Positions 52,901 to 64,000 of a DNA stretch of 64,000 bases are shown piece after piece. The stretch covers positions 558,001 through 622,000 of the forward strand of contig JAQGDQ010000004.1 in the NCBI GenBank assembly GCA_030141605.1, read 5' to 3'. Both the position numbers and the translations under genes were made by a program. The stretch's first letter is position 1. Every line of letters starts with the position of its first letter. The notes beneath the pieces are model-generated. The model saw only the letters and a program-made list of their open reading frames with translations, had not been told where the DNA came from and did not search any database. The DNA is from Tubiluchus corallicola. Lineage: Eukaryota > Animalia > Priapulida.

Positions 52901-55854
52901 TGCTACTAGCTAGCACTACTTTTCTATTCTACCCCAAGACTATCATAGATTTGAAGTATATTTTAATAGAAACACTCAGCAAAGGCATTGAGCAAATGGT
53001 TAATAAAGTGGTGAGTTAATAAAAAACAAATCTAAGTTTGACAGAGGCCCACAAGCAACACACGGGTAGCATCACTGTAAGAGAAAATTATAAAAAAGCG
53101 ATTATTATCACTATCATAATCAAAATTATTATTTTTTAACCTTACTTTTTAAACTGCTTATATTGGTTATTCTACAGTCGAAATCTTCATTTTCATTATA
53201 AAATTATTAAAATTCTTTGGAATTTCAATTATACATGCATTAAGATATGTACACATAGGGTCACCATATTGTCTGAGTTGAAAAAGAGGACACTTTTCCG
53301 CACACTTGTAAGTAGGCAAAAATGACCAGTCTAGAGTCTATTAAAATGCAAAATAAAATGCAAATTATACAAATATGCCTACATGTATTCTAATAGCAAT
53401 ACCAAATGGTTATACTGCAATTAACTTTTACCAGTTGTTCAAAACTGCAAAACAGCGAAACTGTACAAATTTAAAGAAATTCACACAAACAAAATGGCTC
53501 CCAGAAGCTGACGTCATTTTAGTTCGTTAGCGAGTACGCCAAGTATCGACAGCAGTGTGAGTCGAGTGACCCATAGTGATGTGCGCATCGCTTACTTTTG
53601 TTCAGTAAATATGTACACAAAGCTTTTACAAGGGTTGCATTTTGAGATGTTAGGAACATCTTGTATTGAAAATTAATGAACTTTTCTTTGTCTCGTACTA
53701 TCATACACCTCTGCAGTTCGCAACGTCCGTACATACTTATGGGTTGAGTCAAAACCTGGACAAACTGCCGATTTTTTGAAAACACGCCTGGATGCCCGGA
53801 CAGAGGCCCAAAAAGAGGACATGTCCGGGGAAACCCGGACGTATGGTAACCCTATGTACACAATGATATTGGTAGATGTAGTATTTTTTTCTGGAAGTTT
53901 GACGTTAAATCTGTTTAAGGTTACAGATTTCTAGACATCTTCTGTTTTGCAGGTAACATCTAGACATCGGGAGGACGATCCTCAAGACTATGGCGAAGTT
54001 GATGGTACATATAGTACAATTCAGTTCTTTGAAAAATTTCTTGATTTGAAATTTAGCATCGTGTTAGTGACTTGGCTGACCCCTGAAAAGTCAATTGAAA
54101 TTACTGACAAAATCATTACTTTATTAAACATTTTCCCCATTTAGATTATGTATTTATAATTCCTTTTTAGCAGTGCGCTCAACTTACCATAATTATTGAC
54201 TGCTGGACTACCAGCAGATCTTCGTTGATACAAACTTTATTAAATGAATGCTTTGGAACTTGTTCGTTTAATACACGAGTCAATTGATACAAATTTTATT
54301 AAATTAAGTACATTGTGACTTTTAGGTGTTACCTTTATCTTCATTTCAGACATTTTGATTGTAAAGCTTCGTAAGGGACAAGAGTTGAAGTTCCATGCTT
54401 ATGCAAAAAAGGGTTTCGGTAAAGAGCATGCAAAGTGGAATCCAACATGTGGAGTGGCATTCGAATACGATCCTGACAATATATTGCGACATACGACCTT
54501 TCCCAAGCCGGAAGAGTGGCCAAAATCAGAGTATACAGAGCTGGATGAAGACACAAGTATGAAAACCAAATTTATTGTTTGATTTTTTTCATGTTTGGAT
54601 GAGTTGAGAATTTGGATACATCTAGTTTATCTTTTATTTACGCTTAGCTATAGTGAAGTATAGTGAGTCTTGGATTAAAAACACATTTTGCTGCAGTAAA
54701 ATGCAGCATACATGAACTGAAGCCATGCATGCAATAGGAAATAATTTAAATGGAGATGCATTGTAGGAGCAAAAAATAATAATGCATGGCTGCAGATGAT
54801 TGTAGGAGCAAAAAATAATAATGCATTGCTGCAGATGCATTGTAGGAGCAAAAAAATAATAATGCATGGCTGCAGATGCATTGTAGGAGCAAAAAAATAA
54901 TAATGTATGGCACATAGTGAAACGTTGTGCACATAGCTGCATAAATTACAATTACAGTGATTTTGTGGAGTGTTAACCCTACATGTACATCATGAAACAC
55001 ATCAGAATAGGGGTGCCTAATGGTTTTCTGTAATTTACTCGTCAGTCATTGTCTTGTCATTCAGATATGTGTCATTCTCCTTTCATTTCAGTGACAAGTT
55101 ACATTCAGACACGAGTCTGCAATGTAACTTGTCAGAAAGCAGTGTGACACACATTTACTTGGAAGAAGCTTTTACATAAATTAGTACTGGCTTGTCCGTA
55201 AAGTATCAACACAACAAACAACATTTTAGCGTTAAAGTAAGGCTGAAAATTGAACATTAAAATGAAACATCCATCCTTTAATTAGAAAGGGACCCATCTA
55301 TTTTGATTATAGTGGACAAGTTTGTTGTAACGCAGTCATGCAATGGGCCGCAAGCTCAATTCAGCCTATCATGTTCTTGCTGCATATGCATTATCACTAG
55401 CAAAGTGTTGCATTCGATTCTAACAGCGAGTCGGTTGTAACAGACTACACTACCCCCAACTAGTCCGTTATAACGAGTGTTTACTGTTATTATAATGGTC
55501 CTTAAAACTTGTATAAGTTTTTAAAGTTTAATCACTATGAATGTTCACTGTGATTATTTTTATTAAGGATATCTGTAGTCAAATCCTCCTGTTAGAATCT
55601 TGCATAATGTACTAAGATGAAACAAGGTAAGGTATTGACAGTAACACTTTTATTATTGACTTTTAGTGCAAGGGGATTACGATTTTCAAGCGAAGCCTAA
55701 CAAATTTTTCTTCAATGTGGAGTCGTCAGGAGCTTTACGTCCAGAATCCATAATTCTCACCGGGCTTTCTGTTTTAAAAAAGAAGCTTACAGATCTGCAG
55801 ACGCAGTTAGGTCAAGAGATGCAGCATGACCAAGATGCACTTGCTATACACTGA
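49987..55854 (+). CDS. POLR2C: DNA-directed RNA polymerase II subunit RPB3, about 277 aa, 7 exons
   Basis: Exons 49987-50072, 50468-50517, 52056-52177, 52454-52582, 53953-54004, 54350-54556, 55667-55854 (834 nt). [81 protein letters not shown]. Confidence 0.97.
50878..51604. mobile_element. Tc1/mariner-derived element: two 5' ends in inverted orientation with a truncated HTH transposase
   Basis: ORF 51105-51521(-) includes [19 protein letters not shown]...[18 protein letters not shown]; 50901-51082 is an inverted copy of about 51410-51590. Confidence 0.8.
53256..53854. mobile_element. hAT-type MITE
   Basis: TIRs tagggtcaccata ... tatggtaacccta; perfect 8-bp TSD tgtacaca (53248-53255, 53855-53862). 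Confidence 0.88.
54754..54912. repeat. Minisatellite, about 4 units of 39-40 bp
   Basis: agatgcattgtaggagcaaaaaataataatgcatggctgc repeated. Confidence 0.9.
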
Positions 55855-56164
55855 AGTAGAGGTGCAGCAAGATCAAGATGTACTTATGCACCACAATCGA
55901 ATGCATTACTTAAACTGAACTAAAGGCTGTCTTATCAAAATGCACTGAGTCACTAAACCAGAAAACTGTCATTTTGAGATTTGACAAGTGAATTAGCAAC
56001 AGCTAAACATGTCTGTCCATGTAGAATCAGGAGATTTTTTCATGTAAATATTTTTACAAAAATAACAGTGTCTAGTTTTGACTGCTGTTGTACAGTGTAT
56101 AGAAATGTCTGTTTTTTTTCTATGCAGGCATATTGTTTTCATATTTCATACTTGCAACCATTTA

Positions 56165-56170
56165 AATAAA
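56165..56170 (+). promoter_or_regulatory. Candidate polyadenylation signal of POLR2C
   Basis: First AATAAA I can see downstream of the stop, followed by T-rich sequence. Confidence 0.5.
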
Positions 56171-57312
56171 CTTTGCTTTTATCATTCTATCATTCATGAT
56201 GTTGTCTAATTGTAAAATCTGTAATTCACCATCAGCAGTTCATATAAAGATAGTTCTAGTTTAGTCATCACTAGTTGTTTAGGAAGATCACCTACTGCGA
56301 TGATCATATCATTATGACCTGGTCAGTCACGCTCATAAATCACGTCAGTCATTTGTGTCTCAGAATTGTTTAGCCAAAGGAAGCTCTTTTATAGTGTCAT
56401 CTGTTTCCTTTAACTTTTGTGTTACTGTTTCAGACACTGTATTGATGTTATATCAATCACTAGACTGTCAGCAGATTATGCAAATTTTACAAACTTTATT
56501 ATTGCCGATAGCTAGCACAACATCCTACTGGGTTGGTGAGATGAAATTACTATTTCTGTTTGCTGCTGTTTCACGAGTTTAAAAACGCTAGGTTAACAGA
56601 TTCAGAGATTCTGTAAACTTAAAGCAGTGTTATTCTAATTATGTTACTTCCAAATAGTTAACCCTGTCTGGATTGAGGTGATCATATGCCATTCACTTCT
56701 AAAATGTGTCTTTTTGTTCTAATAAACAATGTATTATTTTGTAAATAAAATTCTGATTTATGTTGGGCTGTGAATCCTAACAGTGCAAACATAAATTCAA
56801 TGCACTAAATTATAAATAGTTTTACAAGAATTTATTTACAATATTTAATAAATGCTGAAAAGAGAACATATGATACATACTCACATGAATGAACTGCAAT
56901 AAAACTTTGATAAAATGGTCAAGTTATACAATAACAAATCTCCATTAAGAAAGGAATTTGTGTTCAAATGTTTGTCATTGAAAAAAACAGTCGTCTATAA
57001 ATAGAATTTGAATTATCATTAGTGATGACCAAAACAACCAGAACTAGTAGGTAGCTCATGCTGGTGAATTATTTTTGCTATAAAATTCTAAAAAAACGGT
57101 ATATTTCTACATTTTTGACAAAAACAACCATGTTTAGCGTAAAATGAAATATGAATTGGCCTAACCAGGGTAGAGAATAACTCATCAGATACTAGAATGA
57201 AACCAGTTATAATTGTGTCAATTACATCTGAGATAAAAACATGTAATTGGAGGCGTAAGTCTTTACAATACTGCAATTCTAGTACATGTACCGGTAGTAA
57301 CATCTGCAGCAT

Positions 57313-60300
57313 TCAGTATCTGGTTGGTTGGTACATCGGTGGCTTTATTCCACCGGGTAAGATTATATGTCCACCTTGCATTGCTGATGCATTTTGAGCT
57401 CTTAAGACAGGATAGACAAGACCACTACCAGGGACTACTGTAGGACCCATGGTGCGTAATGAAGGTGATGCATACGGGGGCTGCCCATACGTGTTAAACT
57501 GAAAAATGCAAAAATGAATACATTGTTATACTTTCTAGTCAAAGTTGTCGTTTGTTTTGTGCAGCTAAATCCAACTTTTGTTTAGTAAGGTTGCTTAACA
57601 AAAATCAACGTTTTTTCCATATCTTCGAAGTTGAGTTTCATGGTTGGTTTTTTTGTCATATTGATCTTGGCTGTTTACCTCAAAAAGGAGCATGTATATG
57701 CATCAGAACTTGGCTTAGACACCAGTGCCGGTTTATCTTAGATGAATGTTTTTGGTAATGACTCAGGCTCCACTAACACAACAAACATGGCACTGAGCAG
57801 GCCTTGCTACTGAAATGTTTGTTCCGACTTGCCGTGTGCCAAAGTGTACTCGGCTGGCAAATTACGACATTTTTTACCTTGTCTCAGCATTTTGCAGATT
57901 TAAATTTGACACTGCTATTTGTTGAGTGGTAAATAATTAACATTATTCAAGTAATTTCCTTATTTCAATTTGTACATGTTTCTATTTCTTATCAATATAG
58001 CGTGGTACAATAACTACATAGAAACTTGCAGACAAATATTTAAGTTCTGTTGCTGCTTATAATGACAATATGTATATTGCAAGTAATATGTTGTAAAATT
58101 TTCCTTTTGTCAAAAATAATACCAATTCTTCTTGTATTATGTCAGTTGAAACATAGTAAGATACACTGACTGCTTTAATGTTAAAAGTGGATACATTATA
58201 ATAGCCAAATGCGGCTGCAGGTTGCCTATTTCAGCATGTAAAGGCAACTCGGCAATATATTTAACTATCTGACATAAAATTTAGTAGACGTTACTAACGT
58301 TTTTAATCAAATAAAATTTATCTAGCTATTTGATTAGCTTATTTAATGATTAAATTCGTCATGAAATTTCCTCTAATTAGGTTTGCAGTGTATTATATCA
58401 AAAGAGCATTTCTTGGTGTACTGCAGTATTACGCATCCTTTCCCATAGTTCACACCAAAAATACCAAATTAACTATTGACACCCACCACATGAATTTCTG
58501 CAGAAAGATGCATAAATTTGATGCACTGTTCTACCTGTTTATTAGTGCAAAAGGTGATGGAATGGCTACAGTGGCTTACCTGTGATAAAGGAACATATTG
58601 ACCATAGACAACTTGACCGCTAGTTTGAGGAGCAGAATTTGCGATCACTTGTGCGGGGGATGATTGTCGAGCTTCCGAGGTATGCTTCTGCACAGTGGCT
58701 TTCAGGCTTTCTATTGCTGAATCAGGTGAATTTGGCTGAAAAATATTGTGATATGTTAAACATAATTAACGGATAATTGTCAGTTAACAATGTGATTACT
58801 GAATTTTTAATTCACCTATAGTGCAGGAGTATGGTGCAATTTAAAAATCTACACTCCACTTTCAGATGATGCCTGTCTTATTTATTATTATTATTTATTT
58901 ATTGACCATGGTCAAAGATATATACAAAAAGTCATAAGAATCGTTTCGAGATAGTTGCAACATTTAAGAAATTTAGGCTGATCATAGTCCATAGATCACT
59001 CAATGTATGGTGTAGTAACAATTAGAGACCAAAAATGGCTAGAGCATCGTGTACAAAATTACAAATATCAGCGGGATTTCCGCTGAAAAAAGTCACTAAA
59101 TCATCAAATATTAAATCGGAATTGTTTCTTAAGATACGTGTTTCAGGGCATTCACATATTACGTGCAGTTCTGTTTGGATTTGTCCACATGAACAGAGTC
59201 TTCGCTCTCTTTCAATACGGGACCAACGACCGGTTTCTATGGCAAGGTTGTGTGAGGAAAGTCTGAGCCTTGACGTTTTTATCCGTTTCAGTTCATTAAC
59301 ATTGTCACAGTAAATTCGATGGATAGAGAGTTCAGGGTTTAGTTGTAAGTATGTGACAAATTTCGTACGGACAGAAGCGCGGATCATATCTTTGATTCTA
59401 TTCAGGTCATCATCGATAAAATCACCACGGTATCCAGTTATATTACGCAAATATCGAGCACATGGGGTGTTTGACTCGCGACACAAATTATAAACAATCA
59501 TAAACGGATCATCAGGAATATTCACTCTTGAGCGAACAATCTTATTGAAAAAGCGAGATTGGGTGTCCTTCACAAAACCATTCAGGGAGGGAAGGCCCAA
59601 CTCTATGAGACACAAATCATTAGCAGTTGTACGTCGCACACCGAGTAAACATTTAATAACACTAATATACATCCCTTGAATAGGATTAAGGTCATTGCAT
59701 AGCCAAGACTCACATCCGTAAGTAATTGCAGCAAGTAGCGCGGCATTTAAAACTAACTTCTTAACTGCAAAAGGATAAGCTGAATTCTTAGAAATAAATG
59801 ACACGAACTTCAGTACGTGACAATATTTGTCTTCGCAGTGTTTTTCCAGAGCGGGTTTAAATTTTCCTGTTGAGCTAAAGACAGCACCGAGGTAAACGTA
59901 ATAGTCACAGTGATTAACAGTAAGGGGGTTCACTACGAGGTCCAGACGATCAACAGCATCGCCATTAATAACCATAAATTTAGTCTTTTTTAAGTTCACC
60001 TTCATACCGGATTGATCACAGAACTCAATAAGGATACTGAGTTTTTGAATAATACCTTCTCTAGATGTTGACAATAAGATTGTATCATCCATCAACATCA
60101 AACAGTGTCAATTTCCTAGGAAACCATCGAGACCACATCTAGACTTTAATTCACGAATAAGAGGGTTAATATACAGTGTGAAGAGGAAACAGGATGACGG
60201 AGAACCCTGCTTCACACCTAATGTAACACCAATAACGGCAGCACCAAGGACCAGCTGCGTATTCACATACATGGCAGCAAGAGCAGAAAGCATCACAAGA

Positions 60301-63300
60301 CCACAGCCAAGAGCTCTCAAGGCCCTAATCAAACCAGAACGTGGAACTCTATCGTAAGCTTTCGAGAAGTCTACGAAAACGATATATAATTTCTTCTTTT
60401 TAAACAGTGCATAGTCCATTAATAGTCTTAGAGTCACAATCCACTCAATGCAGGATCTACCCTTTTGGGCGCCAGCCTGCTCCCTATCGGGTTTGAATAT
60501 CTTCATTTTAATTATTGGTAGTACAACACAGTCCCACAGACTACAGATTCTGTTTAGATATTGCCGTCCCTTAAGTAAATACAACACTGGTCTGTGAGAT
60601 TCAATTTGTGCAAAGAAAGAGCTAAACGTACATCAATTTAATTGGAAACAAAAAAGTCCTATCAGTCTAATTTGCCAAGAGACTGAAGTTTCAAATCATG
60701 TAGGCAGTATTAATCCTTTGTTCTTTCACAGTTACTTGGAAATGAAAGAAATTATTTTTTTGGAATATAGTCTGCCGCATCCAACATTTTTAACATCATG
60801 CTAGAAATTAAAATGTAGCTTTTGAAAGCTTAGAAGTGGTTTATTGTTTCTATGGCTTGCAAGTTATAAAAATGCTAAGATATTTCTCATCAAATACTTT
60901 TACAAGTGTTTAAGAGCTTAAATATTGAATCCTTGATGCACTTGATAAAGCCATATTTGAGCTGACAGATTGCAGCTTCATTTGATTGATTATGCATAAT
61001 AATTATCACGAAATGAAATGAATAAGAAAATGAGCACTTACCTTGTCGCTGGCGGCTGTGTCAGCTGATGAGCCTTTTACTTCTCCTGATGACTCTTGTT
61101 GTTGCATTTGTGTACAAGAATTCATGTGCGTTGGCCAATGAAGTTGTTGACATGAGTAGTCGCAATAAGATGTGTTCCAGCAGCAATAGAAAATAGCCTC
61201 TTTTCCACAATTTGCACACTAGTGATAAAAAGGAAAAATAAATAGAACATGAAATAACACAGTTGCTTGTCTGTGCTTTACGATGATTAAGAAATCCAAC
61301 ACAATTTTACCCTTGCTACTATTATTACAGTTAGGCCCCTATACCACCCCCCAGATCCAACTGCTGTAAAGAAATTGCCGGACAGACAGATTAATTATAT
61401 CTGTTATCATTATACTACGATCTTATTAATTTCAATACCCATTGCTTCTTTTTTGTTTCGACAACAGCTTTTTCAATTTCTTTGTTTGTTTCTTTGCGCA
61501 AGTGGTCTATTTCTTTCCGTCTCTCTAGTTCACCCACCCGAAAACCTTCCTGCATCTGACGCTCCATGTTCTGAATGGCTGCCTTCTTTTCCAACTCAAA
61601 ACTTTGCCTCATCTCAACCAATGTTAGTTCTATTAAACAAGAAAGTAGACTTAAAAATGTTGGCAGAGTAGTCAAACACGTTACATTAACTAACCAATTT
61701 TATGTAAGCATACTAAGGCAGAGCCCGAATTGTCTTAGTTACTTGCAGGCTTGAAAGTAACAAAGAATAAAATTTAGAAGCCTATGAGTGCAAGTATGCC
61801 CTATTTTTTGCGTGGATAATAGCAGCTTTATCTCCATTGCTAAAACAATTAAAATAAAATAAAATAAATTAAAATAAGAAAAAATGATGTTTCACCTATA
61901 TTGTGTTTTATCTCAGCTAATTCTTGCTGATGCCGCCAGTTTAGCTTTTCCATCTCCTGGGGAAGCTGTGAGTTCTGCTTGGCTTCTTGCTGCTTAGTAA
62001 CTGTTTCTGTGATGTCATTGTACATCTCCTGCATTACTTCTTTTAACACCTTTGAAATCTGAAAAATGAGAATATTTCTTCAAATTCTAACCAGTTATTA
62101 GAAACATAAAAAGTTGCACAAGCATGCAATGTCAAGTTTGGAAACCATTTAATAATAAATTGTGCTGAAAGTTGATAGAAATATTTAAAAAATGTACACA
62201 AAATAGAACCTGAGCAGAAAAATTTGCAATAGTATTTGCTTAACACTAGAAGACAGCTACTGCCACTGGAAAGCAACAGAACATCCTTCTAGTACAGTCA
62301 CCTACAAGACCCCCAGAGGTAATGATAAATATGAAGTTCAGCTTTAGTACTGTGTCTTCCAATAAACACATGATAATGCAACTATGATAGTAAAAAAATT
62401 CACATTTCTTACATTGAAACAAATAAAACTAAAATTAACGTGTTTTTAGAAAGTCATATTGGAGTACCTTAGAAATACCACTATACTAAGACAAGAACAT
62501 TGCACATTACTGACCTTGTCTGCATATTTTTGAGGCACGACATCGGGGCCTGGCTTTGAGGACAGATTCAATGGTGCAGAGTTAGTAGAAAAAGTTGATC
62601 CTTTGCTTGATGAGACAATTCCTGGAACACTGACAGTAGTACCTCTGTTTGTGCTAGGATAAACTGTAGCAAATGGAAACCCCTTCGATAAAGCAATATT
62701 TACTATCAATTTGTAACTTATTAAAAAAATGAAACCAGTCATCAGATAATGAATATACCATTATTGCCAAGCAGAAATGTTACATTTTCACAATACACCA
62801 ATACCAGTTACTAAACACAATGCTGATAATGGATAACAGCATATTCTGAAATCTTGCTGCTTATAATAAATCTGTCAATTGTTTACCTGTTTTTTGCTCT
62901 GATCAACATTGTCTTTAGCAGTTAGTACATTTATATTAATTATTCGAACATTAATTATTCTTAATCTGCTCACAAAAACTCTCTTGCTAAACATCTTGAA
63001 TTTTGCTAATTCTCTCGTGTTTTTTAATTTGTTTTTTTTATTAGAAAAAGATGACAAACATATTTAGAAAAATATGACTAACTGTGGTTTGCTGCACAAT
63101 AAATACCGCTTATGTTACTATCCAGCATCACATGTTTAAGAAGAATACCATAATTTATGTCCACATGAATGTTAACTGTGTCAGTCAAAAGTCATGCAGA
63201 CAAAAAAAGATGCAACCCAAATTATTGTAATTTCTCTTCATAGATGAGCATCTTAACACCGGAAAATCTTGACCTCTGCAGTAACAATACAAGCAGAATA

Positions 63301-63621
63301 ATACGCAATGACCAGTTACTGTCAATAATGAACAAGTGCCAACAATTGCTTACATGCTAGCACAAAACAAAAGCTTCGCTACAGCCTTTATTATTTAAAG
63401 GCAAATGAAGCATATAACATACCATATCTAAGAGTATGCGGAGGAATGCGTGAAGGCGCTGAAACACCAGGCTGTATGTGCACTACATTTGAGGTCGGTG
63501 ACTTGTATGTAATCGATCCGCCGGATGGCTGAACTATTGCAACAGATGGCTGCAAAGGAGAAGACATTTTTGTTGCATTGTCTCCCACCAGCATCACACT
63601 GGTGTTGTCAATCACAGACAC
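57313..63621 (-). CDS. ZMYND8: ZMYND8/PRKCBP1-like chromatin reader, 3' part (coiled coil plus MYND finger); 5' part lies beyond the window
   Basis: Exons 63621-63423, 62663-62515, 62058-61896, 61629-61439, 61218-61042, 58735-58580, 57498-57313. [28 protein letters not shown]|[37 protein letters not shown]. Confidence 0.92.
58879..60500 (-). mobile_element. 5'-truncated, nearly intact LINE (RT plus C-terminal zinc-binding region) in a ZMYND8 intron
   Basis: [57 protein letters not shown]...CSCG...H...C; one in-frame TGA at 60108-60110; AAT/TAAA-type tail at about 58879-58903. Confidence 0.9.
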
Positions 63622-64000
63622 CTGAAAATAACAGCCACTATAATTATAAATTTCAATGCACATAAAGCATGTATTATTCCATGTCATTAAATAGCTGCAT
63701 TTGCAAACTTTGCAGTTCATGACTTTGTAACAATTATGTACATTGGTATTCTACGATGGTCATATTTGCTTTATACATGTTGTACGAGCAAGTCTGTAAG
63801 TTTTAATCAAAAAAATGAATAAAGAAATATAAAATGAATAAAGAAATATATTGACATGTCAAAATAAAATATGGAAAATATTAAAACTTCACTAACACTT
63901 GTAGGCCTAACGATTAAAGTGGTATCAAACTGTGCAAACACTCACTGCACCAATAATTAGCAAAACAGCAACACAGTTGCAAGTTATAAAAACTTGAAGA

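Noticed and set aside
60108-60110. Programmed read-through or selenocysteine TGA in the LINE RT
   Set aside because: Most simply a nonsense mutation in a 5'-truncated dead copy; no recoding signal seen.
62887-62912. ZMYND8 microexon preceded by TACTAAC
   Set aside because: 26 nt would frameshift, the branch point is very close to the AG, and flanking exons join in frame without it.
194-63720. Most 60-130 aa ORFs in the supplied track
   Set aside because: Chance ORFs in AT-rich intron or UTR DNA, antisense shadows of real exons, or exon read-through into introns.

Overview
AT-rich, intron-rich nuclear DNA from an invertebrate animal (arthropod-like; taxon is inference). By joining GT-AG exons by hand I reconstruct six protein-coding genes: PIG-M (-, single coding exon), SPC25 (-, 7 coding exons), PAR6 (+, 3 exons, head-to-head with SPC25), an SLC22 organic-ion transporter resembling the carcinine-transporter group (-), RPB3/POLR2C (+, 7 exons) and the 3' part of ZMYND8 (-). 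Introns contain many MITEs (PIF/Harbinger- and hAT-type), decayed LINEs, a Tc1/mariner remnant and one nearly intact 5'-truncated LINE. The main finding is that the SLC22 gene has three intact tandem paralogous copies of the TM10-TM11 exon (182, 188 and 188 nt, same phases, none divisible by 3). This is the signature of a mutually exclusive exon cassette, and the copies differ in charged residues predicted to line the substrate pocket. Second, PIG-M seems to lack its own first exon and may be expressed from a dicistronic or shared-leader transcript with SPC25. Coordinates were counted manually and no database searches were run.
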